A stretch of 64,000 nucleotides of DNA, taken from positions 9,896 to 73,895 of the forward strand of contig JBPOIB010000004.1 in assembly GCA_052034935.1 (NCBI GenBank), in the 5' to 3' direction. This DNA comes from Candidatus Moraniibacteriota bacterium. Lineage in GTDB: Bacteria > Patescibacteriota > Minisyncoccia > Moranbacterales > UBA1568. The notes beneath the pieces were generated by a model, which was not told the origin of the DNA, ran no database searches, and worked only from the letters and a program-made list of their open reading frames with translations. Position numbers and translations under genes: made by a program. Within the stretch, counting starts at the first letter, position 1. Each line of letters starts with the position of its first letter. Shown in pieces: positions 26,397 to 35,146 of this stretch.

Positions 26397-27319
26397 GCGG
26401 ATTTCGGACACTCGAGCGCCGGGTAGAGGGAGAGATCATGGGAACCGATATCCTGCTGCGAATCGCCTCGTCCGATGAGAGCAAGGAGGTCATGGCCGAT
26501 TCACTCGAAGACGCTTTCCAGACGATGCGACACTTCGCTCGTCGCTACAGCCGCTTCATCAAAGGTAATGAGCTCTGGCAATTCAATCAGTCAACCGGAG
26601 GCGTCGTATCAACTGAGCTTTTTGACCTTCTCAGCCGAGCAAAGAAGCATTACAAGGAAACCAAAGGATTCTTCGATCCGAGCGTCCTCCCCTCGCTCGA
26701 ACGGGAAGGGTATGCGGGCGCCTATCCTGATAGCAATGATGTCTTTCCTCTCTCGCCGGATGATCTTGTCCTTGACACATCAATCCAAAGCGCGAGGAAG
26801 CCCCGAGGATTGAAACTCGATTTCGGCGGCTTCGGAAAAGGCTATATCGTTGATCGGGTTACGGAAAAACTGGGACGAAAATACCGGCACGTACTGGTGG
26901 ATGCGGGTGGCGATATCGCGCTTCGCGGCAGCGATGTCGGACGTGGTGAGAGTGGCTGGATTATCGGTGTCGAGCATCCGCTCGAGCGTGATACCGATCT
27001 CTGTCTCCTCTCCCTCTCCGATCAAGCGGTCGCAACCTCGGGGAAAAACCGGCGTGTCTGGCAGTCTGCCGGAGAGGAAAAACACCATCTCATTGATCCT
27101 GCGACCAGACAGTCGAGCCGGAGCGATCTCCTCTCGGTAACGGTCATCGCTTTGACTGCGGAGGCGGCCGATGTAGCGGCAAAAACACTCTTTCTCTTAG
27201 GAAGTAATGCCGGCCGCATATCAGCCCTGGAACGGTCCATCCCCGCCATTTTCTTCGACACCGCTGGAACATTCGAAATAAATAATTTTGCCCAACCCTA
27301 TGTCTGGAATGCTGCGTAG
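26393..27319 (+). CDS. apbE: FAD:protein FMN transferase (ApbE family)
   Basis: GGFGKGYIVD and HHLIDPATR motifs characteristic of ApbE; about 300 aa. Confidence 0.8.
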   Translation: MSGFRTLERRVEGEIMGTDILLRIASSDESKEVMADSLEDAFQTMRHFARRYSRFIKGNELWQFNQSTGGVVSTELFDLLSRAKKHYKETKGFFDPSVLPSLEREGYAGAYPDSNDVFPLSPDDLVLDTSIQSARKPRGLKLDFGGFGKGYIVDRVTEKLGRKYRHVLVDAGGDIALRGSDVGRGESGWIIGVEHPLERDTDLCLLSLSDQAVATSGKNRRVWQSAGEEKHHLIDPATRQSSRSDLLSVTVIALTAEAADVAAKTLFLLGSNAGRISALERSIPAIFFDTAGTFEINNFAQPYVWNAA

Positions 27320-28163
27320 CACCATCGTCACCGCTCTCTTCCTTTTCTGTCTCGGTACGACGCCAGCCGGAGCGGTTGTTCAGGATACCGATTTCGACGG
27401 CCTGACGGACGCCGCTGAACTCACCGTCTACAGTACCAATCCAAACATCGCCGATACGGATGGCGATTTGACCAGCGATGGGAACGAGGTAATCGCCAGT
27501 ACGAATCCGCTTGATGCAACTTCTTCTCCAGCTGAAACCTGGCAAAGCGAAAGTGTCGGGCTTATTCCTCGCAGTGAGTCGCTCCCTTGGTATATCGGCC
27601 GGGCGAGCGGTATCCTCGCTTTCATCCTGTTTTCAGTCGTCGTCATCAATGGACTCCTCATCTCAACGCGCCTCGTGTGGAAAATTCTGCCGCCCGCACT
27701 CAACTACGAGATGCACCGCTTCTTCTCCTGGATGGCGCTCCTCGCTACATTTGGGCACGCGAGCAGTTTCATGTTCGATCATTATTTTCACCTCTCGGCT
27801 ACTGAGACGCTTGTCCCTTTTCTCCTCACGCGGCCAATAACAAGCACGCTCGGGCTTTCAATCGGTTGGACGGTCGGTCTCGGTATCATCGCGGTTTATG
27901 GGGCACTCGCGCTTGTCCTGAGCTCTGAGTTTCGCAATCGGATCGGGGTAAAAGCGTGGCGTCGACTCCACTACATGAGCTTCGCCATGTATCTCCTCTT
28001 CCTCGGTCATGGCATCCTTTCCGGAACCGATTCGAAGGAATGGTGGATGATCTCAACCTATACGACTTCCGGAGTCATTGTCTTCAGCCTCACTACTGTC
28101 CGGATCATCGCTTCGATCAAAGCACACCAAATGAAAGCGACCGCGCTCGCCGAACAATCGTAG
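27288..28163 (+). CDS. Membrane protein with extracytoplasmic Asp-repeat N-domain and a ferric-reductase-like (MsrQ/FRD-type) haem-binding TM domain
   Basis: N-terminal signal/TM plus DTDFDGLTD...DTDGDLTSDGNE repeats, then six predicted TM helices with paired His (FGHASSFMFDHYFH; LFLGHGIL). The FRD assignment is inferred from His spacing. Confidence 0.5.
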   Translation: MPNPMSGMLRSTIVTALFLFCLGTTPAGAVVQDTDFDGLTDAAELTVYSTNPNIADTDGDLTSDGNEVIASTNPLDATSSPAETWQSESVGLIPRSESLPWYIGRASGILAFILFSVVVINGLLISTRLVWKILPPALNYEMHRFFSWMALLATFGHASSFMFDHYFHLSATETLVPFLLTRPITSTLGLSIGWTVGLGIIAVYGALALVLSSEFRNRIGVKAWRRLHYMSFAMYLLFLGHGILSGTDSKEWWMISTYTTSGVIVFSLTTVRIIASIKAHQMKATALAEQS

Positions 28164-28194
28164 CATGGCCAAAACCGCCCGCATCATCTAGAAT

Positions 28195-28359
28195 ATGGCC
28201 ATGTTTTCCGCATCTTTCTTCACTCTCAAGGATTTGTTCCGTTCCGTTATCCTCGGCGTTCTCGTCGGCTGGCTTCTGGTCTCAATCGACGATCCGACCC
28301 ACAAGCGCTTCGACTTTACGATTACCGGTATCGAATCAGCTGACCAGGCTCGAGGGTAA
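28195..28359 (+). CDS. Possible 54-aa single-TM small protein
   Basis: Own translation MAMFSASFFTLKDLFRSVILGVLVGWLLVSIDDPTHKRFDFTITGIESADQARG, followed at once by a strong terminator. Confidence 0.3.
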   Translation: MAMFSASFFTLKDLFRSVILGVLVGWLLVSIDDPTHKRFDFTITGIESADQARG

Positions 28360-28366
28360 AGCGAAA

Positions 28367-28393
28367 GCGGCCAATCGGCCGCTTTTTTTCTGT
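28367..28393. terminator. Bidirectional intrinsic terminator
   Basis: GCGGCCAATCGGCCGC hairpin followed by TTTTTTT, between convergent genes. Confidence 0.75.
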
Positions 28394-28403
28394 TGAAGAA
28401 AAT

Positions 28404-29213
28404 CTAAACCCAGCGCAGCGCAACTACAATATACGAAACCCCTAGAAGTGACAGGGTGGCGAGAAAAAATCGGCGGCCTCGTGACTTGAGCACGGGATCA
28501 GTCGAAATTTCCTTGGAGATGAGGCCGATATTCCGGAAGAGAAAGAGTGTTTCGTACAGTCGAACAATCACCACCCACGCGACAAACATACCGACCAGAA
28601 TACCGAGGCCTGGCATCCATGGATTGGCAAGTTCAGCGGTCGGCGCCGCCGGGCTCTTGGTCAGCCATTTCACCCAACCGGCCCACTTCATATCAAAAAC
28701 GTGGAGTATCGCTAAGAACATCACCAACCGCAAGCCCCAGCGCTGCATGAACCACCAGCGAGCCGGGCCGATGAGTTCGATGAGTTTACGGAACGAGATG
28801 ATGAAGAGGAGAACAAGAAGGATGCTCCCAACTAGTCCCGCTGCCCACTCGAGCGAGGTGAATGAGAGCCATTCCTGGGGGAATTTCTTGGGAAGGAAAT
28901 AATAGGAAATAATCGCATGCGCAAAAATGAAGAAGGCACCGACAATCCCGAGCTCTTTACGGAGCCCCACCCAATAATCAAAACGGTCGAAATAACGACT
29001 GATTGGCCCAATAAGAAAGGTGATAGCAAGAAGCATGATACCGACAGAGGCTAATGCTTTATTTGGAACAAACAGTATATCCGCGGTCAGCGGTGCATCG
29101 AAATAATAGCCACGTCGGATGAGCAGGTAGCAGCTGAAAAGCACAAGAAGAATGGTGGAGACGAAAATCGCCAAAAAATAATCTCGACCGCTGTATGGTT
29201 TGTGTCCTTCCAT
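28404..29213 (-). CDS. Ferric-reductase-like (FRD/MsrQ-type) polytopic membrane protein, second copy
   Basis: Polytopic, with conserved His in TM helices (FAHAIISYYF; AILHVFD). Start taken at the internal Met (MEGHKPYSG). Confidence 0.5.
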   Translation of the reverse strand: MEGHKPYSGRDYFLAIFVSTILLVLFSCYLLIRRGYYFDAPLTADILFVPNKALASVGIMLLAITFLIGPISRYFDRFDYWVGLRKELGIVGAFFIFAHAIISYYFLPKKFPQEWLSFTSLEWAAGLVGSILLVLLFIISFRKLIELIGPARWWFMQRWGLRLVMFLAILHVFDMKWAGWVKWLTKSPAAPTAELANPWMPGLGILVGMFVAWVVIVRLYETLFLFRNIGLISKEISTDPVLKSRGRRFFLATLSLLGVSYIVVALRWV

Positions 29214-29258
29214 ATGATTGCAAAAGTTATGGTTATTTCGAGTATACACCTTTTCATT

Positions 29259-29963
29259 CTAGACTCGGACACCAACTTCTATGCCAAGAGTTCGGAACCG
29301 CTCGGTGATTTCTTCCATCTCGACGATCGAGAATGGGTGGTAGCGTTCGAAAGCCAGATCAAGAGTAACGCCGCTTCGGAACGTTTGGAGATACAAACGT
29401 TTGGCCCCAAGCAAAAGTGTCTCCATTTCTCGGAGCACTTCCGGCGTATGAACTTCCCGGATAAGCGTCGAACGGAATTCATAGTCGACCCGCCCCTCTT
29501 TCAGAAGCTCGATACTTTCCTGAAGTTTCTTTTCGTTCGCCCCTGACCCGACGAGGGAACGGTACCCCGAAAGACTGGTCTTCACATCCATCGCCACATA
29601 ATCAATGAGACCCTGGTCGATGAGCGTACGCAGCGCTTCCGGCCGGTTCCCATTGGAATCGAGCTTGACTGCAAATCCGAGGGCCCTGACTTTTCGGATA
29701 AATACCTCAAGATCCGGCATGACAGTCGGCTCGCCGCCGGTGATGACTACACCCTGAAGCTTTCCTTGCCGACGTTTCAGGAAATTGAGAACGGCCGCCT
29801 CCGGAATGAAGCTTGGAGCGAGAGCCGTCAGTTTTTCCGGCAGCACGAATTCCGGATTGTGGCAGTAGCCGCAACGGAAATTGCAGCCACCGGTGAAAAC
29901 GATACAGGAGATTTTTCCTGGAAAGTCGAGGAGGGTGAATTTCTGGATGCCGCTAATAATCAT
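29259..29963 (-). CDS. nrdG: Anaerobic ribonucleoside-triphosphate reductase activating protein (radical SAM)
   Basis: CNFRCGYCHN radical-SAM cluster motif, 234 aa, directly downstream of the nrdD pieces. Confidence 0.9.
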   Translation of the reverse strand: MIISGIQKFTLLDFPGKISCIVFTGGCNFRCGYCHNPEFVLPEKLTALAPSFIPEAAVLNFLKRRQGKLQGVVITGGEPTVMPDLEVFIRKVRALGFAVKLDSNGNRPEALRTLIDQGLIDYVAMDVKTSLSGYRSLVGSGANEKKLQESIELLKEGRVDYEFRSTLIREVHTPEVLREMETLLLGAKRLYLQTFRSGVTLDLAFERYHPFSIVEMEEITERFRTLGIEVGVRV

Positions 29964-29975
29964 CGCCGGAGTCGC

Positions 29976-30182
29976 TTAGGCCAAATATTCCTGACAGAAC
30001 TCATGATTCGCCGCAACGGTTTCGACGAAGTGTTTGCGTGAGTAGTGTTCCGCTTTCTTTCCGATATTGAAGTGGGAGACCGGGCGATGATAACCCATCA
30101 CGCGCGTCCATACCTCACAACGCGTGCGTTGTTCATTGGTGCTCGATACAACTTCCTGTCTCGCCGCTGATACTTTGATCAT
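29976..30182 (-). CDS. Stand-alone NrdD C-terminal glycyl-radical domain (68 aa)
   Basis: Contains the TRVMGYHRPVSHFNIGKKAE glycyl-radical loop (R-V-x-G-Y). It is separated from the nrdD stop by 31 nt, with stop codons in both relevant frames. Confidence 0.55.
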   Translation of the reverse strand: MIKVSAARQEVVSSTNEQRTRCEVWTRVMGYHRPVSHFNIGKKAEHYSRKHFVETVAANHEFCQEYLA

Positions 30183-30213
30183 ATACTTGGCTTTTTATAT
30201 GGATTATTTTGTA

Positions 30214-32331
30214 TTATTTTTCTGCCTGTGTGCTCGCGTATGTCTTGCGCAATTCGACATCAAAACGTTCGCCCTCCCCGATTCCAAGCTCTCCATCGCA
30301 TTTCGGACAAAAGTCGTGCTCGCCGTCGAGATAGCCATGCTTCGGGCAGATAGAGAACGTCGGCGTGATCGTGATGTACGGCAGTCGGAAATTCGTGAGG
30401 ATACTTCGCACCAGATTGCGGCAGGCTTCCCCAGAACTCACCCGCTCGTTCATGTAACAGTGCAGCACCGTCCCGCCAGTATATTTGGTCTGGAGCGTGT
30501 CTTGAAGCTCAAGGACCTCGAAAACATCATCCGTGTAGCCAACCGGCAGCTGAGACGAATTCGTATAGTACGGTGCTTCCGTCGTCCCCGCCTGCAGGAT
30601 ATCCGGGAAGCGCTTCCGATCCTCTTTGGCAAAGCGGTAGGTCGTCCCTTCGGCCGGTGTCGCTTCGAGGTTGTAATAGTTCCCCGTCTCCTCCTGATAG
30701 TCCTTGATTTTTTCTCGCATGAAATCAAGCACCTCAACCGCAAATGCCTGTCCCTTCGGCGTCGCGATATTCTCCCGGTCTTCGGTGAAATTTCGGATCG
30801 CCTCGTTCAACCCGTTGATACCAATCGTTGAGAAGTGATTCTTCAGGTAGCCCAGATAGCGTTTCGTGTACGGGAATAATCCCCGGTCGATCCACTTCTG
30901 GATTTCTGCGCGCTTAATCTCGAGTGACTGCCGGGCGAGACCCATAAGATGGTCGACCCGCTTCAGGAACGCCTCCTTGTCGCCCCGGCACAAGTAGCCG
31001 ATGCGTGCGGCGTTGATTGTAACAACGCCGATTGACCCAGTCATCTCCGCCGAGCCGAACAACCCGCCGCCGCGCTTCCGGAGCTCTCGCAAATCAAGCT
31101 GCAGCCGGCAGCACATCGACCGGACATCACCCGGATTGAGATCGGAGTTCACGAAGTTCTGGAAATACGGCGTTCCATACTTCGCCGTCATCTCGAACAG
31201 TGGGAGATTCTTTGGATCGTCCCACTGGAAATCCTTCGTCACATTGTAGGTTGGGATCGGAAAGGTGAACGTCCGCCCCTTAGCATCACCCTTCGACATG
31301 ACGGCGATGAAAGCACGATTGATGATGTCCATCTCCCTCTGGAGCTGTCCGAACGTGTAGCCGAACGGCTTGCCACCAAGGAGAAGCCGTTTCTCCTGCA
31401 TATCAGCCGGACAGTCCCAGTCGAGCGTAATATTCGTAAACGGGGTCTGTGTCCCCCAGCGCGATGGGATATTCAGATTGAAGACAAATGACTGGACGTT
31501 CTGGTAGACGTACTCGTAAACCTTGTCGGTGATGTAGCGTTCTACCGACTCCGTATCCTTGAATTCGACATCATAGCCCTCCAGATCAGCACGCATCTCC
31601 AATTCATATTTCTTCACAAATGGCGCCAGGTAGGTGTCGAAACTCGAGAAGGCTTGTGCGCCGGCCCACTCGTTCTGGAGCGTACCGAGAAAGTTCACCA
31701 TCTGAGCAACCGCCGAGGAGAGGTGCTGCGGCGGACCCGATTCGATCTTGTTCTCGACTCCGTTGAATCCTTCTTCGAGGAGTACTCGCAGACTCCAGCC
31801 GGCACAGTAACCCGAAAACATGTCGAGATCATGAATATGGTAGTCCCCATTGCGGTGCGCATCGCCGACCGCTTTCGGGTAGATATGCGACAGCCAGTAA
31901 TTGGCGATGACGCTACCGGCCGTGTTCAAAATCATCCCGCCGAGTGAGTAGCCCTGATTGGAGTTCGCATTCACGCGCCAGTCAAGCTTCTCCAAATACT
32001 CGGAAACAGTCTTTTCTACCTGGACGACCACGTTACGGTCTTCGCGCACCTCGCGCCGCTTCTCACGGTAGAGGATATATGCCTTCGCCACATCGGCATA
32101 GTCGTAGCGGATAAGTGTCTCCTCGACGATATCCTGGATGTCTTCGACGGTCGGGATCCGATCGCCAAAACGTTCTTCGGAGAGGGCTGCAACATCAATC
32201 GCGATGATTTTTGCCCGCTCCGGCTCAACTGTCCGAATACTCTCGAGGGCCTTCTGGATGGCGCGTTCTATTTTATTGAGCTCGAAATCGACGATGGCAC
32301 CATTCCGCTTCTGGATCTTATAGAGAGGCAT
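30214..32331 (-). CDS. nrdD: Anaerobic ribonucleoside-triphosphate reductase catalytic subunit, lacking the glycyl-radical C-terminus
   Basis: 705 aa with N-terminal ATP-cone and C-terminal zinc site CPKH...CPKC. Ends 22 aa after the zinc site without an RVxGY motif. Confidence 0.9.
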   Translation of the reverse strand: MPLYKIQKRNGAIVDFELNKIERAIQKALESIRTVEPERAKIIAIDVAALSEERFGDRIPTVEDIQDIVEETLIRYDYADVAKAYILYREKRREVREDRNVVVQVEKTVSEYLEKLDWRVNANSNQGYSLGGMILNTAGSVIANYWLSHIYPKAVGDAHRNGDYHIHDLDMFSGYCAGWSLRVLLEEGFNGVENKIESGPPQHLSSAVAQMVNFLGTLQNEWAGAQAFSSFDTYLAPFVKKYELEMRADLEGYDVEFKDTESVERYITDKVYEYVYQNVQSFVFNLNIPSRWGTQTPFTNITLDWDCPADMQEKRLLLGGKPFGYTFGQLQREMDIINRAFIAVMSKGDAKGRTFTFPIPTYNVTKDFQWDDPKNLPLFEMTAKYGTPYFQNFVNSDLNPGDVRSMCCRLQLDLRELRKRGGGLFGSAEMTGSIGVVTINAARIGYLCRGDKEAFLKRVDHLMGLARQSLEIKRAEIQKWIDRGLFPYTKRYLGYLKNHFSTIGINGLNEAIRNFTEDRENIATPKGQAFAVEVLDFMREKIKDYQEETGNYYNLEATPAEGTTYRFAKEDRKRFPDILQAGTTEAPYYTNSSQLPVGYTDDVFEVLELQDTLQTKYTGGTVLHCYMNERVSSGEACRNLVRSILTNFRLPYITITPTFSICPKHGYLDGEHDFCPKCDGELGIGEGERFDVELRKTYASTQAEK

Positions 32332-32385
32332 AGTTTGATATTTGATTAACAGTCTCTACTTCTCTAAACACACAGAAACAAAAAA

Positions 32386-32422
32386 GGTGTCGTTTGACAC
32401 CAAAAACACTATCTATAGTATT
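32386..32422. promoter_or_regulatory. Two palindromic NrdR-box-like sites upstream of nrdD
   Basis: GGTGTCGTTTGACACC (32386-32401) and ACACTATCTATAGTAT (32407-32422, near the NrdR consensus ACACwAtATaTwGTGT), centre-to-centre spacing about 21 bp, 55-90 bp upstream of the nrdD start. Confidence 0.35.
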
Positions 32423-32434
32423 TTTTATCACCGG

Positions 32435-33481
32435 CTAGACACTACCAAGGAGCGGCCGGATCTTTTTCCTCGCCCGAGACAAGAGAATCTTGGCGGCATT
32501 TTCCGAAATCTCCAGTCCCCGGCTGATTTCCCGGACCGAGAAGCCTTCCCGATAATACGCTGAGAGAACCGTCCTTTCTCGATAGCTCAACTCCGGCGTC
32601 TCCCAGACCCAGGAGAGATCAGCAGCGGTGCGGCTATCCGGTAAACTCAAGTCAGCTGCAAGTTCAAGCATCGGTTTCTGACGATAGGTATTGAGGAGTA
32701 GACTATGCGCAATCCGAAGAAGATAGGTACTATAGGCGGCATTCCGGACTTCATAGCCCTCCAGTCGCTCGAAAGCACGGACAAACGTATCCTGCGTCAA
32801 ATCAAGAATCTGGTCCTCCTGACCAGCCAGATGCTGATTGAAGTAATTCCGGACAGTCGCATAATACTTCTCATACAGCCGCTGAAACTGCCGTGGATCG
32901 CCCTGCGCGGCTTCAACCAGTACTCGGTCATCGAAACGCGCCGCGAAGCGAGCGCGGACCGGCACCACCCAGGCCGTCTCGATCCAGTCAGCAAAGAGGC
33001 CGGGCTCATCAGCACCTGGGAGAGTCTCCTGAGGAAACCAGCGTTGGAGCCAAGGGATGGCCTTTTTTGCCGATAGTCTGGGTTGATTGAACAATCCACG
33101 CCATTCCTCGATGAACTGATCTTGATTCTCAAGCGACTGAGGACGGAGCGCAAGGTAGCGCCTCACTCTATTCGCGCGCTGAAGCGGAGCGACAGCAAGA
33201 AGCTCACGGTATGCTTTCCCATCCTTGTTTTGATTGGTCACTGTTCCAGAAAAGGGCTGATTTCTATCCCGGATCGATTGCCACATCGTATCGTAATACG
33301 GCCGCGGCATGCGTCCGCCCCACAGCTTCCCCGGCTTCGAATCGATGATTTCCGCCACCGAAAATCCGGTCCGACGGGCGATACCGTCATTGGCATAGAG
33401 CGCGATGCCCTGATCATCCGTCACGAGAATATTCCCGAAGATCGATCGAGCTGGCTCAAGGATTGTAGCGATCTGTGTCAT
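32435..33481 (-). CDS. PAS-domain-containing sigma-70 family (ECF-like) sigma factor
   Basis: N-terminal PAS-like segment (ILVTDDQGIALYANDGIARRTGFSVAEII), C-terminal sigma region 2 (DLTQDTFVRAFERL) and region 4 HTH (LSYRERTVLSAYYREGFSVREISRGLEISENAAKILLSRARKKI). Confidence 0.65.
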   Translation of the reverse strand: MTQIATILEPARSIFGNILVTDDQGIALYANDGIARRTGFSVAEIIDSKPGKLWGGRMPRPYYDTMWQSIRDRNQPFSGTVTNQNKDGKAYRELLAVAPLQRANRVRRYLALRPQSLENQDQFIEEWRGLFNQPRLSAKKAIPWLQRWFPQETLPGADEPGLFADWIETAWVVPVRARFAARFDDRVLVEAAQGDPRQFQRLYEKYYATVRNYFNQHLAGQEDQILDLTQDTFVRAFERLEGYEVRNAAYSTYLLRIAHSLLLNTYRQKPMLELAADLSLPDSRTAADLSWVWETPELSYRERTVLSAYYREGFSVREISRGLEISENAAKILLSRARKKIRPLLGSV

Positions 33482-33525
33482 ATAAAAAAGCCTGTATTCC
33501 TGCTCACAAACACGAACCGACAGCG

Positions 33526-33555
33526 ATTCACGTTTCGCTTCTCAGACTGTATAAT
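33526..33555 (+). promoter_or_regulatory. Sigma70-type promoter (TTCACG-N17-TATAAT)
   Basis: Consensus -10 TATAAT at 33550-33555, about 28 nt upstream of ATG 33584. Confidence 0.45.
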
Positions 33556-33583
33556 AGCATTGTCAATATTTGAGCCAAACGCT

Positions 33584-34585
33584 ATGCGCATCGCTTTTTT
33601 CGAGATTCAGGACTGGGAAAAATCAGTGCTCGAGGCCCGCTTTTCCGGCCACGTACTGCACTTCTCCACGAAGCCCTTAGATGAAAGCTCTCTCGAAGAC
33701 ATCCGGGAATGCGAGGTACTCTCTGTCTTCATTTATAGTCGTGTCACCAAGGCGATTCTTGATCAACTTCCTCATCTCAAACTCATCGTTACGCGCTCTA
33801 CCGGCTACGACCACATCGATGTTGCTGATGCCAAAGAGCGCGGCATCACCGTCACGAATGTTCCGACCTACGGCGAGAACACAGTCGCAGAGCATGCCTT
33901 CGCGCTCATCCTCGCGCTCTCTCGAAACGTCCACAAGTCCCATGTCCGTCGGTTGCGGAATAATTTTTCTATCGAGGGCCTCAAAGGTTTTGACCTAAAG
34001 GATAAGACAATCGGTGTCATCGGCGCTGGCAAGATCGGCCTCCATGTCATCAAGATCGCCCGCGGCTTCGGCATGCGCATTCTCGCGTTTGATGCCTATC
34101 AAAACACCTTTCTCTCCGAAGTGCTCGGCTATGAGTATGTCTCACTTGAAAAACTCTTCGCCGAATCCGACATCATCACCCTCCATACGCCGTATCTGCC
34201 AGCGACCCACCACCTCATCAATGAGAAAAATATCGAGCTCATCAAGCGCGGCGCTATCCTCATCAATACTGCTCGGGGCGAACTCGTCGACAATGACGCG
34301 CTCATTCATGGCCTCGACTCAGGTATCCTGGCCGGCGTCGGCCTCGACGTCATCGAAGGCGAGCATCTCATCCGCGAAGAAAAAGAGCTTCTCACCGAGA
34401 ACCGAAAACCCGAAGAGCTCCAGGAGCTCGTCAAAGACCATATCCTTCTCGGCCGCGATGATGTCGTCTACACGCCCCATATCGCCTTTTATTCAGAAGA
34501 GGCGCTGCACCGAATCCTCAATACCACGATCGAGAATATCGAGTGTTACGCGACTGGCCAGTGCCAAAATACTATTAAGCCATAG
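33584..34585 (+). CDS. D-isomer-specific 2-hydroxyacid dehydrogenase (D-lactate dehydrogenase-like), NAD-binding
   Basis: GVIGAGKIG Rossmann motif and the catalytic region typical of the D-2-HDH family. Start MRIAFFE at 33584; the longer ORF from 33083 overlaps the divergent gene. Confidence 0.85.
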   Translation: MRIAFFEIQDWEKSVLEARFSGHVLHFSTKPLDESSLEDIRECEVLSVFIYSRVTKAILDQLPHLKLIVTRSTGYDHIDVADAKERGITVTNVPTYGENTVAEHAFALILALSRNVHKSHVRRLRNNFSIEGLKGFDLKDKTIGVIGAGKIGLHVIKIARGFGMRILAFDAYQNTFLSEVLGYEYVSLEKLFAESDIITLHTPYLPATHHLINEKNIELIKRGAILINTARGELVDNDALIHGLDSGILAGVGLDVIEGEHLIREEKELLTENRKPEELQELVKDHILLGRDDVVYTPHIAFYSEEALHRILNTTIENIECYATGQCQNTIKP

Positions 34586-35051
34586 CGACAGCCAGCTTCT
34601 CGATGACCGCGGCTTCAGCAGCTGTCATCGGGGTAATAGAGAGCCGATTCCCAGGACGAAGGATGACGAGCCCTTGAAGGCTCTTTTCCTGCCGAAGTGC
34701 CGTGAGTGAGACAACTTGCCTGAAGCGTCTTTTGAATTTCACATCCACCAAAATCCAGGGCGGATTCTCTTCCGTCGCTTTCGGGTCGAAATAGAGGCTC
34801 TTCGGATCGAATTGCGTCGCATCAGGATACGGTTTCCCGACCACTTCAGCGAGTCCGGCTACGCCCGGCTCCGGACAACTCGAGTGATAGAAAAGCACGG
34901 TGTCCCCTGGCCGCATCAGGTCGCGCATAAAGTTCCGCGCCTGATAATTCCGCACTCCATACCAGGGCGCCTGTCTGTCGCGAGCCAAATCATCGATCGA
35001 GTACTCGCTCGGCTCGCTCTTCATGACCCAGTATTGCTTAGTTGTTTTCAT
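34575..35051 (-). CDS. EVE (PUA-like) domain protein
   Basis: YWVMKSEP...W.GVRNYQARNFMR signature of EVE/DUF55 proteins, 158 aa. Confidence 0.8.
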   Translation of the reverse strand: MKTTKQYWVMKSEPSEYSIDDLARDRQAPWYGVRNYQARNFMRDLMRPGDTVLFYHSSCPEPGVAGLAEVVGKPYPDATQFDPKSLYFDPKATEENPPWILVDVKFKRRFRQVVSLTALRQEKSLQGLVILRPGNRLSITPMTAAEAAVIEKLAVAMA

Positions 35052-35146
35052 AGCGTGAAGTATAGCAAAAGAAAAAGCCCGGCCGCCGGATGGCGACTGG
35101 GCTCTGCTAACGATGACGCATTGGTCAAATGCTCGGCGGATTCGGT

